Source of the DNA: Eubacteriales bacterium | GTDB taxonomy: Bacteria > Bacillota > Clostridia > Oscillospirales > CAG-272 | Direction of reading: 5' to 3' | NCBI GenBank assembly: GCA_045644325.1 | Contig: JAZRGT010000099.1 | Location: forward strand, 11,152-75,151 | Length of the DNA stretch: 64,000 bases | In this document: positions 1-9,699 of the stretch, in pieces | Layout of the letters: every line of letters starts with the position of its first letter | How positions within the stretch are numbered: the stretch's first letter is position 1 | Position numbers and translations under genes: made by a program | The notes under the pieces: model-generated | What the model saw: the letters and a program-made list of their open reading frames with translations, nothing else | Told to the model about the DNA's origin: nothing | The model's database searches: none

Positions 1-2
1 AT

Positions 3-1448
3 TTTACCTCTGATGAAGAAGTTATAAATTACCGCCGCGAGACCTTCGGCGATATGCTTAACAACCCCGCGCTTATAAAGACTCTCAACGATCTGCTTCC
101 GATCCTCTCCGACATCATGGAGCTTCGACGTCTCGAGGCAGACAGCGGTGACCCCAACGATTATCTTTCAAGTATCACCGAAATTGAGCTGTATATCTCT
201 TGCATCGACACGCTTGACGACGGTCTTAATTCAGTTCGTGACAATCTTAAGGGCGTCGCCTTCAGAACACTCTGTGACCGCATCAGCGAGCTTGCGGAGA
301 GCGATTACTACGCACAGCTCAATGAGAAGCTTTGCGAGCTCACGAAGCGCGTACGCGAGATCAAGAGCGTTACAATGGGTGTCAACCTTGACGCACAGCT
401 TCGCCCCTCTTCAGCGGGTGTGCTTTCGATCAACTCCGAGTCCTTCCGCTCCGGTGAGGTGCTTGAAAAGATACTCCGTCTGAATTTCAAGGACGACGAA
501 TACACCTGCATCGCAAATCTCGTTCCCTTTGGAAAGAAGCAATCTGAAAGCCAGAAGACCGCGCTTTCTCTCGCTTTCAACACTGCAATCAACGAGGTCT
601 ACAAGTCTTCGCTCCGCTCCTGGAAAAAAATCGTTCAGCAGTACGTTCTCGAGAACACTGATTTTCTTCTCAACCTTATGCCCGAGATTGAATTTCTTAT
701 CAAGGGCACCCGCCTTATGAGCCGTCTGCGCGACAAGGGATGCGATCTTTGCGTGCCCGAGATCGTTTCCGCTGACGAGCGTGCGTTCAGTGCGATCGGT
801 CTTTACAACCCCGCGGTTGCGCTTAAGATCGACGACGAGATCGTAACAAACGATCTTATCTTTGATGATAAGGCTACTATTTATATTCTCTCGGGTCCTA
901 ACCGAGGCGGTAAATCCGTTATCACCTGCGCGCTCGGTATGGCTCAGGTAATGATGCAGCTCGGTCTGTTCGTTCCTGCTAAGAGCGTTAAGATCTCGCC
1001 CGTTGACGCGATCTACACTCACTTCCCTACCGGCGCGGACGATACCATCGACAAAGGACGACTCGGAGAGGAATGCGCACGTCTTGGAGAGATCTTTGAC
1101 AGCGTTACATCGCACTCGCTCGTTTTGCTTGACGAATCCCTCTCGTCCACAGGCTCTTATGAGGCATCCTATATCGCCGCAGAAATACTTGCGGGATTCT
1201 CTGCTGTAAAGTGTCGCACTCTCTTCTCCACTCACCTTCACGAGCTTGCAGCAATGCTTGACGAGATCAACGAAAAGTGTGCGGCTGAAGGCGGTGCCCC
1301 GATCGACACTCTCGTCGCAGGAATCGCAGAAGGTAAGCGTTCCTTCAAGATCTATCGCGCTAAGCCCGACGGCAAGAGCTACGCTCGCGATATCGCAAAC
1401 AAGTACGGACTCTCTCGCGAGTCGATTATGAAAAAAATCAATAAATAA
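3..1448 (+). CDS. MutS-related ABC ATPase (MutS domain V type); 5' end lies outside the window
   Basis: Reading frame stays open back to position 3. Walker A GPNRGGKS, Walker B LLDESLSSTG and STHLHEL signature match the MutS ATPase domain. Confidence 0.8.
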   Translation, partial: FTSDEEVINYRRETFGDMLNNPALIKTLNDLLPILSDIMELRRLEADSGDPNDYLSSITEIELYISCIDTLDDGLNSVRDNLKGVAFRTLCDRISELAESDYYAQLNEKLCELTKRVREIKSVTMGVNLDAQLRPSSAGVLSINSESFRSGEVLEKILRLNFKDDEYTCIANLVPFGKKQSESQKTALSLAFNTAINEVYKSSLRSWKKIVQQYVLENTDFLLNLMPEIEFLIKGTRLMSRLRDKGCDLCVPEIVSADERAFSAIGLYNPAVALKIDDEIVTNDLIFDDKATIYILSGPNRGGKSVITCALGMAQVMMQLGLFVPAKSVKISPVDAIYTHFPTGADDTIDKGRLGEECARLGEIFDSVTSHSLVLLDESLSSTGSYEASYIAAEILAGFSAVKCRTLFSTHLHELAAMLDEINEKCAAEGGAPIDTLVAGIAEGKRSFKIYRAKPDGKSYARDIANKYGLSRESIMKKINK

Positions 1449-1450
1449 AG

Positions 1451-1485
1451 AAAATCCGCAGAGGAAAATCCTCTGCGGATTTTTT
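1451..1485. terminator. Bidirectional rho-independent terminator between convergent genes
   Basis: Perfect 12-bp stem ATCCGCAGAGGA/TCCTCTGCGGAT with a 3-nt loop, an A-run before and a T-run after. Confidence 0.85.
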
Positions 1486-1487
1486 AA

Positions 1488-2840
1488 TTATAAAGTAACT
1501 TCAACCTTAACAAGCTCTCCGTTGCGCCATACCTCGATAATAACGGTATCGCCAACCTTATGTTTGAAGAGTTCGGCACGCATCTTTTCGATCGTGGGGG
1601 TTTTTACTCCGTCGAAGGAGAATATAACATCGTAAAGCTCAAGCTTGCCGTGACAGGGGTAACCTTCGTTGATACCCGTAACAACCACGCCATCGGTCTC
1701 GGGCGTGATCTTTACACCGGGAGCAACCTCTATCTCGATTCCCTTGTAAACGGTACCGCAAGTGATGCCGAGCTGAACACCCTGCGTTGCGCTACCCTTG
1801 TTGCCCGAATACTTACCGTCCTCGATAATATCATCTGCGATTTCAACGGCGTCATTGATCTGAATAGCGAAGCCGAGACTTTCGTAGCTGACGTCTCCGT
1901 TTGAGGAGCTGACGTGCTTCATTGTATTGATGCCGATTACCTCGCCAGACATATTGAACAGAGGACCTCCCGAGTTACCGGGGTTGAGGGAGGTATCGGT
2001 CTGGATCATTTCCATAGACTTCTCGAGAAGTCCCGATGATTCGTATACTCTTACAGTTCGCTTAAGACCTGAGATAATACCGAGAGTAACGCTACCTGCA
2101 TATTCGGTGTCAACGGGTGTACCAATCGCAATAACGTATTCACCAACGCGAAGATTATCCGAATTTCCTACCGAAAGCTTTGGCAGACCGAGATTTTTTA
2201 CCTTAACTACCGCAACGTCGGATAGCTCGTCGCCGTCGATAAGCTCTGCGGGGAGCTCGCGCCCGTCGGAGCAAACAACGAAAATGCTCTTAGCGTTATC
2301 TATAACGTGATAATTTGTGATGATATATCCGTCGTCGGTGTAAACGAAACCGCTTCCGAAGCCGCTTCCGTTTTCTGCTTTGACCGTGATAGTTACAACA
2401 GAATCCTTAACGCTGTCAACAAGATCGGCTATAGATGCATCCGGACCTACAACAATGGTTTTATTGTTTTCTGAACCGAATCCGGTGATAAGCAAAACTG
2501 CGAGAACGGCAAAGCAGATTGCAAACAGACCCGTCATTACTATCGCGTAAATTAGCGCGCCCTTTTTTCCCGAACGGCGAGCAGCCTCTCGATCTTTCTT
2601 TGCCTGCTCGGAAAAACTCCAGACTGTCTTCGGCTCTTCTTCGGGGAGAGGACCGAGATCGGGCTCCTCTGTTTCCGCGGGAGCATCTGTCAAGATCGAC
2701 TCAGGAAGCTCATCAGAGTTGATCCTTATGCTATCGTCCGAGACCGCCAGATCGGCCTTTTGCGTTGCCTCGGGCGCGGGTGCAGAGGAATTTTCCTCTT
2801 GTGGGGCATCTTGGTTTATTTTTTCATTAAATTCGTCCAT
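1488..2840 (-). CDS. htrA: HtrA/DegP-family serine protease, membrane anchored, C-terminal PDZ
   Basis: GNSGGPL catalytic serine motif and trypsin-like core. One TM helix follows an acidic N-terminus. GAGGAT RBS; start is 10 nt after the kinase stop. Confidence 0.85.
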   Translation of the reverse strand: MDEFNEKINQDAPQEENSSAPAPEATQKADLAVSDDSIRINSDELPESILTDAPAETEEPDLGPLPEEEPKTVWSFSEQAKKDREAARRSGKKGALIYAIVMTGLFAICFAVLAVLLITGFGSENNKTIVVGPDASIADLVDSVKDSVVTITVKAENGSGFGSGFVYTDDGYIITNYHVIDNAKSIFVVCSDGRELPAELIDGDELSDVAVVKVKNLGLPKLSVGNSDNLRVGEYVIAIGTPVDTEYAGSVTLGIISGLKRTVRVYESSGLLEKSMEMIQTDTSLNPGNSGGPLFNMSGEVIGINTMKHVSSSNGDVSYESLGFAIQINDAVEIADDIIEDGKYSGNKGSATQGVQLGITCGTVYKGIEIEVAPGVKITPETDGVVVTGINEGYPCHGKLELYDVIFSFDGVKTPTIEKMRAELFKHKVGDTVIIEVWRNGELVKVEVTL

Positions 2841-2849
2841 TAGTTATCC

Positions 2850-4340
2850 TCATTCGCGCGTTTTCTGAGGTCTTTTCTCTTCCGGCGTTATCGGGAGTGT
2901 AAAATAGAATTCACAGTATTTACCCGGCTCGCTTTCAAGAGCGATAACCTCTTTGTGCGCTTCAATAATAGTTTTTGCGATGAACATACCGAGTCCTACG
3001 CCCGTCTTATCCTTGCCGCGGCTGCGGTCACTCTTGTAGAATCTCTCAAATATATAGGGTTGATCGTCGTAGGGGATGCCGTCGCCTTCGTTATAGACCG
3101 AGACTTTGACCTTCTTGTTCTCAATTACGGTCAACGAGAGCTTGAGCAGACCGCCCTCGTTGGCAAATTTAACGGCATTATCGGTAATGTTATAGAATAT
3201 CTGATAAATTGCGTCATGGTCGCCCGTTACGAACATATTATCTGCGTCGCAGTTGAATTCAACTTCAAGGCGCTTCTTGTCGATCTTCTGCTCGAATGAG
3301 ATAAGAACCTGACGTCCCATTTCACAGATATCAAATGGCTCCATAACGAATTTACGGTCGCCCGCCTGAATTCTCGAGATATCGAGAAGGCTGGCAACGA
3401 GACGTGAGAGGCGGAGGACCTCGTCACGGATAATTTTGAGATAATACTCGTGCTTTTCGGGCGGTATTGCACCGCTGAGGATGCAATCGATAAATCCCGA
3501 GATCGTTGTCATAGGCGTTCTCATATCGTGCGAAACGCTTGACATAAAGTTGTTTCTCATCTCGTCGAGGTTCTCAAGGTTTTGCGCCATATTGTTGAAA
3601 GCGGAGGCGAGCTGTGCGACCTCGTCGTTTCCGACAACGGGAACGCGAACGCTGAATTCACCCTTGGCAAAGGATTTTGCAGCCTGGCTCATTCCTCGCA
3701 ACGGACTGATGATCCTTTCACTTATAAAGAAGATGGCAATCAATGCCGCAAGCATTACCCAAAGGCTTGAGATAGCAACGGTTTTAATAAGCACCTCTGC
3801 GAAATCACTTATAGATCCGACGTCACAGCAAACGATAACCGTTCCGCAGACATAGTTATTACGCAGATATACGGGGGTTGCGGAAATAACGTGAGGTGTG
3901 TCAAATATACCTTCAAGATTATTGAACACAGAAAGCTCAATACCGTTATTGATCTCGTTCATAAAGGAACGCGGGATCTGAGAGCTGTTTTGATAGTTGC
4001 AGTTTTCATCCGGATGAGCAATAAGAATCACGCCTTCGCTGTCAGCAATAAACACGGTGACGGGAAAGTTTGCCATCGCCTTTACCGCATTGATCTGCGA
4101 ATTGATATCGGATTCATAATAATCGCAGAATGATGAAAAGCTTCCGCTCGTGCCGTATTTCTGAAGCTTCGTCTGTATCCCCTCGCCGAGTGCGCCGGCG
4201 GCAGAAGAAACAGCCTCGTTCTTAGATTTTTCCGAATAATCGTCAACCAACGTTCCGATGATGGCAAGAAGAAGGATCATACTCGTTCCTATTATCACCA
4301 TAAAGGTCACTATATATTTAACGTATATGCTTTTAAACAT
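2850..4340 (-). CDS. Sensor histidine kinase (TM sensor, HAMP, HisKA, HATPase_c)
   Basis: H-box SHDMRTPMTTISGF, two TM segments, and N/G-box-like motifs (NAVKF, GVGLG). Confidence 0.85.
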   Translation of the reverse strand: MFKSIYVKYIVTFMVIIGTSMILLLAIIGTLVDDYSEKSKNEAVSSAAGALGEGIQTKLQKYGTSGSFSSFCDYYESDINSQINAVKAMANFPVTVFIADSEGVILIAHPDENCNYQNSSQIPRSFMNEINNGIELSVFNNLEGIFDTPHVISATPVYLRNNYVCGTVIVCCDVGSISDFAEVLIKTVAISSLWVMLAALIAIFFISERIISPLRGMSQAAKSFAKGEFSVRVPVVGNDEVAQLASAFNNMAQNLENLDEMRNNFMSSVSHDMRTPMTTISGFIDCILSGAIPPEKHEYYLKIIRDEVLRLSRLVASLLDISRIQAGDRKFVMEPFDICEMGRQVLISFEQKIDKKRLEVEFNCDADNMFVTGDHDAIYQIFYNITDNAVKFANEGGLLKLSLTVIENKKVKVSVYNEGDGIPYDDQPYIFERFYKSDRSRGKDKTGVGLGMFIAKTIIEAHKEVIALESEPGKYCEFYFTLPITPEEKRPQKTRE

Positions 4341-4360
4341 ATTCCTTCTCCTTTCCGTTT

Positions 4361-4399
4361 TTTAAAAAGATACGCCCGGCAAAATTCCTGGCGTATCTT
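4361..4399 (-). terminator. Intercistronic hairpin with U-tail between response regulator and kinase (partial terminator/attenuator)
   Basis: 10-bp stem AAGATACGCC/GGCGTATCTT with a 13-nt loop, followed on the minus strand by TTTTT. Confidence 0.5.
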
Positions 4400-4406
4400 T
4401 CGGGGA

Positions 4407-5099
4407 TCAATTACCTGTCAGTTCAAACTTATAGCCTACGCCCCAAACTGTCTTGAGCACCCATTTGTCGGATACGCCTTCAAGCTTTTCGCGGAGACGC
4501 TTAACATGTACGTCAACCGTACGGGAGTCACCGAGATAGTCAAATCCCCAAACCTTGTCGAGGAGCTGGTCTCTGGTGAACACGCGGTTGTAATTGGAAG
4601 CCAGGAAATAAAGAAGCTCGAGCTCCTTGGGAGGGATATCAACGCTCTTTCCGTTGAGCTTAAGCTCATACTTCTGCTTGCTGATCTCAATGTTCTCGAA
4701 CTTGATAACCTCATCATCATCGGGATCATCGTGAGTGTTGCAACGACGGAGAACCGCCTTGATGCGTGCAAAAAGCTCACTCATATCGAAGGGCTTAACC
4801 ACGAAATCGTCAGCACCAAGTTCAAGGCAAACAACCTTATCAACCACTTCGCCCTTAGCTGTGATCATAATAATGGGTTTGTTGGTAAACTTACGAAGCT
4901 CTGTGCAAACGTCCTTGCCGTTTTTGCCGGGAAGCATAATATCGAGGAGTACGAGATCGGGCTCGTATTTCTTAAAAACGTCAATTGCTTGATAACCGTC
5001 GGGAGCTGTGCGTACCTCATAGCCTTCTTTTTCAAGAGAAGTCTTCAGCAGGTCGCAAATATAACTGTCGTCATCGACTACGAGAATTTTGGTATACAT
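4407..5099 (-). CDS. OmpR-family response regulator (receiver + winged helix)
   Basis: ILVVDDD...LLDIMLPG receiver motifs. C-terminal RTVDVHVKRLREKL...WGVGYK winged-helix signature. Confidence 0.9.
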   Translation of the reverse strand: MYTKILVVDDDSYICDLLKTSLEKEGYEVRTAPDGYQAIDVFKKYEPDLVLLDIMLPGKNGKDVCTELRKFTNKPIIMITAKGEVVDKVVCLELGADDFVVKPFDMSELFARIKAVLRRCNTHDDPDDDEVIKFENIEISKQKYELKLNGKSVDIPPKELELLYFLASNYNRVFTRDQLLDKVWGFDYLGDSRTVDVHVKRLREKLEGVSDKWVLKTVWGVGYKFELTGN

Positions 5100-5270
5100 T
5101 TTTTCCTCCTGTGTTTTGTAATCTGGACTTGCCGTGTCACCCGCGCGGGGTATACTTCGGCATTTTTATACTTTCTATTATATTATATCACATAATTTTG
5201 GTTTTGCAAAGAGTTTTTTGAAAAAATGTTCATATTTTTTATAAAAAATCAGCATTTTTTTAAGTTTTGC

Positions 5271-5299
5271 TTGAATTCTTCACAAATTTATTATATAAT
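5271..5299 (+). promoter_or_regulatory. Sigma-A promoter of ychF
   Basis: TTGAAT, 17-nt spacer, TATAAT, about 45 nt upstream of the ATG. Confidence 0.7.
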
Positions 5300-5344
5300 A
5301 TATGAGAAAAACAAAAAAGTAATATATTTACATCGGAGTAAAAC

Positions 5345-6439
5345 ATGAAACTAGGTATTGTTGGACTGCCCAACGTGGGCAAAAGCACGCTCTTCAACGC
5401 TCTTTGCGGCGGAGGCGCAGAGTCGGCTAACTACCCCTTCTGCACCATAGAACCCAATGTCGGTGTCGTTCCCGTACCCGACCCCAGACTTGACGCACTT
5501 GCTGAAATGTACACTCCCGAAAAGTACACTCCCGCAGTTGTTGAATTCTTTGACATTGCCGGACTTGTAAAGGGTGCTTCCCAGGGTGAAGGTCTTGGAA
5601 ACAAATTCCTCTCTCACATCAGAGAGTGTGATGCTATTCTCCACGTCGTTCGATGCTTTGAAAACGACAACATAATTCACGTCGACGGCAAAGTAAACCC
5701 CATTTCGGACGTTGAAACTATTAACTATGAGCTCATTCTTTCCGATATCGAAGTCGCGCAAAGAAGACTTGACCGCACTCTCAAGGCGATGAAAGCAGAC
5801 AAATCTCTTGCTCCCGAGGCGGCATTCCTTGAAAGACTTATCGCGCACCTTGAAAACGGTAAATCCGCGAGAGGAATCGATATGAACGAGGACGAGCAGG
5901 CAATGCTTGCGGATATGCCTCTTCTCTCCGCAAAGCCCATCATCTACGTTGCAAACGTTGATGAGAACAGCCTTGAGGAGGATCCCGTTCAGAATCCCCA
6001 CTACGCCGCACTCAAGGAGTTTGCGGCAAGTGAGAATTCGGGTATCGTTTCTATCTGCGGAGGTCTTGAGGCAGAGCTTGCTGAGCTTGAGGGCGAGGAA
6101 AAGCAGATGTTCCTTGAGGACATGGGACTTTCCGAATCGGGACTCAACCGCCTTATCCGCGCGGGATACGACCTTCTCGGTCTTATCAGCTTCCTGACCG
6201 CAGGTCCTAAGGAAGTGCGCGCTTGGACCATTCGCAAGGGTACAAAGGCACCCGGCGCGGCAGGTAAGATTCACAGCGACTTTGAGCGCGGCTTTATCCG
6301 TGCCGAGATCGTCGCATTCGACGATCTTATGCGTCTCGGCAGCATGACCGCAGCCAAGGAAGCGGGTCTTGTACGAAGCGAAGGCAAGGAATACGTTATG
6401 AAGGACGGAGACGTTACGCTCTTCCGCTTCAACGTATAA
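5345..6439 (+). CDS. ychF: Ribosome-binding ATPase YchF (Obg-like GTPase family)
   Basis: N-terminus [20 protein letters not shown], 364 aa, C-terminal TGS-like KDGDV..F motif. Confidence 0.95.
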   Translation: MKLGIVGLPNVGKSTLFNALCGGGAESANYPFCTIEPNVGVVPVPDPRLDALAEMYTPEKYTPAVVEFFDIAGLVKGASQGEGLGNKFLSHIRECDAILHVVRCFENDNIIHVDGKVNPISDVETINYELILSDIEVAQRRLDRTLKAMKADKSLAPEAAFLERLIAHLENGKSARGIDMNEDEQAMLADMPLLSAKPIIYVANVDENSLEEDPVQNPHYAALKEFAASENSGIVSICGGLEAELAELEGEEKQMFLEDMGLSESGLNRLIRAGYDLLGLISFLTAGPKEVRAWTIRKGTKAPGAAGKIHSDFERGFIRAEIVAFDDLMRLGSMTAAKEAGLVRSEGKEYVMKDGDVTLFRFNV

Positions 6440-6457
6440 AAAATTCTATTAAATAAT

Positions 6458-6498
6458 AAAAAAGTCTCGGACTCCAATTTTGGAATCCGAGACTTTTT
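6458..6498. terminator. Bidirectional terminator between ychF and the AT-rich islet
   Basis: About 17-bp stem AAAAGTCTCGGACTCCA/TGGAATCCGAGACTTTT with one mismatch and flanking A/T runs. Confidence 0.85.
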
Positions 6499-7039
6499 AA
6501 TTTCCGCTAAATATACTAATAATTATTGGCACAAGAAATACTAAAATCAATAAAACCGGCAATGCAATAAGGTAAGTGGTAAACGGAACTTCACCGATAG
6601 TAGTAACAATAAATGCAATCCAAAGAATAACAGCTATAAGCAATTTTATTGTTGTTCCAACGCCGAACGGCCAATTAAAACTCTTTTCTGAATAAGAAGA
6701 ATCGACAGGTTCGCTCTTTCGATTAGGATATTGTCCAATATGACCATAATTCCAAGCATCAGGAGTAATCATTCTTATAAATTCAGAATCAACTTTACAA
6801 ATTCGTTTAGAATGTATGTAAACATATCCATCTGCTTGAATATTACCTACAACATCTAAAAATGCATCTCTAATTGTTCCATCCTGATCGATTTTTCCGT
6901 AATATTCATACTCACCAATTTTGTTTATATATCCATCTTTATCGATTTTTGCAAAAATGATACCTGAACCATTATACACATAGCCATCGTCATCAATTTT
7001 ACCGATATACTCCAATCCTTCACTTATTACATTTCCCAT
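6497..7039 (-). CDS. Hypothetical membrane protein: N-terminal short-repeat domain and two C-terminal TM helices
   Basis: Four or more copies of a roughly 17-aa repeat (GKIDDDGYV, AKIDKDGYI, GKIDQDGTI, GNIQADGYV), then two hydrophobic helices. The gene is visibly AT-rich. Confidence 0.6.
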   Translation of the reverse strand: MGNVISEGLEYIGKIDDDGYVYNGSGIIFAKIDKDGYINKIGEYEYYGKIDQDGTIRDAFLDVVGNIQADGYVYIHSKRICKVDSEFIRMITPDAWNYGHIGQYPNRKSEPVDSSYSEKSFNWPFGVGTTIKLLIAVILWIAFIVTTIGEVPFTTYLIALPVLLILVFLVPIIISIFSGN

Positions 7040-7161
7040 TTTCTTTCTCCTTTGGACAATTATTAAGAATTATAAAGATCAGATTGAAGTATGACATTAA
7101 AATACTATTTATGTTCAAATAGTAAATTAAAAAATTCTAAACAAATCTCCAATTCTTATCT

Positions 7162-7212
7162 TTAACACAATTATACATCGAATATGTGTTAATATTAAGA
7201 ATATAGTGTTAA
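7162..7212. promoter_or_regulatory. Candidate operator: inverted and repeated TGTGTTAA half-sites upstream of the XRE gene
   Basis: TTAACACA (7162-7169) and TGTGTTAA (7185-7192) form an 8-bp inverted repeat. A third half-site AGTGTTAA lies at 7205-7212, 26 nt from the ATG. Confidence 0.4.
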
Positions 7213-7237
7213 ATAAAGATAAATTTGGAGAATTGTA

Positions 7238-7480
7238 ATGAAAATCTATGATTATGACGGAAAAAAGAATATTTGTGGAAAAAGAATCAAAGAGGCACGA
7301 AATAAGCAAGGTTTAACCCAAAGCGATCTTGCAGCACAGCTACAAGTTTCAGGGATAATAATTGAACGAGATAGTATCTCTAGAATTGAAATCGGCACAC
7401 GTTTTATTGCTGACTACGAGTTAAAAGAATTATCCCGAATATTAAAAGTGTCTGTCACGTGGTTATTAGGAATTGAATAA
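7238..7480 (+). CDS. XRE/Cro-CI-family HTH transcriptional regulator
   Basis: KRIKEARNKQGLTQSDLAAQLQVSG helix-turn-helix signature; 80 aa; GGAGAA RBS. Confidence 0.85.
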   Translation: MKIYDYDGKKNICGKRIKEARNKQGLTQSDLAAQLQVSGIIIERDSISRIEIGTRFIADYELKELSRILKVSVTWLLGIE

Positions 7481-7496
7481 GACTTTTATATAAAAT

Positions 7497-7537
7497 AAAG
7501 CAACCCTATAAGAATCAAAAACTCTTCGGGTTGCTTT
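7497..7537. terminator. Hairpin terminator between convergent XRE and DUF4097-like genes
   Basis: 10-bp stem AAAGCAACCC/GGGTTGCTTT with a 21-nt loop containing inner AAGA/TCTT pairing; T-rich downstream. Confidence 0.55.
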
Positions 7538-7543
7538 AGATTT

Positions 7544-8653
7544 TTATTTAATTTCGATGCTTCCGTCACCGATAATAACGGTAAGCGAATTAGCGGGAAT
7601 GGAGACGGAAGTATTGTTCTCTTCCTCATCTTCAATATCGCCAATATTTTCGGGCTCGGAGGTATTTTCTTCAGCGGTAGTTGTTTCGTCAGCGTCAGGC
7701 TGTGTATCCGGTTCGGTAGTTTGCTCGTCAGCTGAAGTGGTTTCATCGGGTTCAGGGGTTACAGAGGGCTGATTTGTGCTCTGATCACCCTTAACGGGAG
7801 CGTTAAACTCGACGTAAGAATCCGAATAGTTATCGCTGTATACGCTGATCGTATTTCCGGGTGCCTCAAGCTTTACGTCCAAACCTGCGAAATCGGATTC
7901 AACTCTATCATAGTAAACGTCACCGGACTTAACCTCGATATACATAGCACGAGTAAATGTAGTATCCGTAATATCAACAAAGCATTCGCTGTTAGGAGAC
8001 ATAATTCTAATCTCATCAGCGTTTACGTTGTCGATATTTATATTCGCACTTTCAGTCGCTTCTATCTGTACCGAGGACTCGGTAACTACGTCTTTGAAAT
8101 CCACTACTCCATCAGTAATTACAATCTTAAAATCGCAATCCGTATTGAAATTTGACACGGAAATATCACCCGTCGTGGTAGTGATATTCAAATTGACGAG
8201 ATCGGCATTTTCGGTAAGATAGAGATTGAGCGATTTCTCTTTTACGCTGTCATCAAATACATAATGAAGGTAATCGCGGAATCCGTTGAAATTGATTTTC
8301 AGATTTTCAACGTCGATAATTCCGGAAATGCCGGCATTGTCGGAGATTTGAAGCGTCGAGCGTCCCGCTTGGATCTGATATGCGTTGTTGGGGAAATTGA
8401 CAAGTTCGATCCTGCTTTCTTCTGCTCCGCCGATGACGTTTACTTTGACGTCGCTAACTTTAAGAACGATCTTTTTCAATTCCTCTTCCGAAAAGGTTTC
8501 GGAGTGAATGTAATTATCGTCGCCGTCACCTACCTGAGTGAAAAGGCCTATTCCCTGCTCGTTTGCCAACGAGGTTGCAGTCATACACAGTATGACGCCA
8601 AGACAGGCAAGCAATACCGATACTATCAAAAATATAACTGAGGTTGGCTTCAT
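7544..8653 (-). CDS. DUF4097-like putative adhesin / beta-helical membrane-anchored protein with acidic T/E/P-rich C-terminus
   Basis: N-terminal TM helix and a repetitive beta-strand-rich body. It sits directly downstream of a DUF1700-like gene with a 4-nt overlap, which is the usual pairing. Confidence 0.6.
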   Translation of the reverse strand: MKPTSVIFLIVSVLLACLGVILCMTATSLANEQGIGLFTQVGDGDDNYIHSETFSEEELKKIVLKVSDVKVNVIGGAEESRIELVNFPNNAYQIQAGRSTLQISDNAGISGIIDVENLKINFNGFRDYLHYVFDDSVKEKSLNLYLTENADLVNLNITTTTGDISVSNFNTDCDFKIVITDGVVDFKDVVTESSVQIEATESANINIDNVNADEIRIMSPNSECFVDITDTTFTRAMYIEVKSGDVYYDRVESDFAGLDVKLEAPGNTISVYSDNYSDSYVEFNAPVKGDQSTNQPSVTPEPDETTSADEQTTEPDTQPDADETTTAEENTSEPENIGDIEDEEENNTSVSIPANSLTVIIGDGSIEIK

Positions 8654-9603
8654 AACTCTGATACTGCTCCTTTCAACATATTATAGCCCGATCTGAGGGC
8701 ACGGAAACCGAGTCTGAACAGCTTTGCGAGAAGCTTCATGCCGAACGGGATAAATCTTACCGCAAAATTGTAAATAAGAATACCGACAAACATAACGATA
8801 GAGCCGACGATAATGCCGAGACCGATCTCAAAAAGAGCAACGGGGGTATTTCCGGTTATCAATTCAACTACGCCGTATACAATTCCGACGATGGAAACCA
8901 ATGCTCCTACCGTAATGAATGCAACGAGAATACATATACACGCAATCATCAGAAGTGCGAGCGCTATCCAGAAACCAAGATACAAAACTACTGACAACAG
9001 TATCAGAGCGACAGCGATAGGGATCGCTACGACGAGAATAGCGACGTAGACCCACTCGTTCCTCATCCTACCGTTTTCCGCATATTGGATCTTTTCCTTT
9101 TGCCTTGGAGGGATGTACTCAATAATATCCAAATCCTCTGCGCGGTCTTCTTTTTGGGCTTTCTTCTTTTCTTTTTCTGCAGCCTTTTCAGCTTTTGCCT
9201 TTTGCTTTTGCTTAATGACCTTGTCGACCTTAGCCATCATTCTGTAAAGCAGGCTGCGTTTTTCTTCGGCCGGCGCGTCATTTTCAGCCGCATCTTTCGG
9301 CTTTTCTTCGGACGGAATCGACTTGGGCTTTCTACGCTCTTCTTCCTTGGCTTTAGCCACAGGCGCCGCCTTTGCCTTGATGGGCGCATCAGCCTTCTTT
9401 TCGGGAGCTTTCTTATCTTTGCCCGATTCGAGCATAGAGATAATACCGTCGACCATCTCGTCGAGGGAAACGTTGATCTCCTCCGTACCTGATTCAGTCA
9501 GGTAAGTACGTACGTGTGAAGTTTCCTTTTCCGCCGTTTCCTTATCAATACCGCGTTCGATAAGTCTTGCGTGGAGCAACTTCAAAAATTCTTCTTTCTT
9601 CAT
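8650..9603 (-). CDS. DUF1700-like membrane protein (N-terminal helical domain, K/E/A-rich linker, C-terminal TM bundle)
   Basis: MKKEEFLKLLHARL...ETAEKETSHVRTYL matches the DUF1700 N-terminus. Start moved to the ATG at 9603; the track start at 9711 lies in the divergent promoter region. Confidence 0.6.
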   Translation of the reverse strand: MKKEEFLKLLHARLIERGIDKETAEKETSHVRTYLTESGTEEINVSLDEMVDGIISMLESGKDKKAPEKKADAPIKAKAAPVAKAKEEERRKPKSIPSEEKPKDAAENDAPAEEKRSLLYRMMAKVDKVIKQKQKAKAEKAAEKEKKKAQKEDRAEDLDIIEYIPPRQKEKIQYAENGRMRNEWVYVAILVVAIPIAVALILLSVVLYLGFWIALALLMIACICILVAFITVGALVSIVGIVYGVVELITGNTPVALFEIGLGIIVGSIVMFVGILIYNFAVRFIPFGMKLLAKLFRLGFRALRSGYNMLKGAVSEL

Positions 9604-9670
9604 ATTGATCTCCGAATCTTCAAATACTTTTTCATAATTACAAAAATTTTTCAGTTTTTGTAAAAAAGAG

Positions 9671-9699
9671 GTGAAAAATTCAAAATTATGTGGTATAAT
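9671..9699 (+). promoter_or_regulatory. Extended -10 sigma-A promoter of trmB-truB
   Basis: GTGAAA, 17-nt spacer, TGgTATAAT. It lies inside the track ORF 5' extension, so the real start is 9777. Confidence 0.55.

Noticed and set aside
7486-7746. 86-aa minus-strand ORF overlapping the 3' end of the DUF4097-like gene and the terminator
   Set aside because: It is an alternative frame of a low-complexity T/E/P-coding stretch, runs through a terminator hairpin, and has no RBS.
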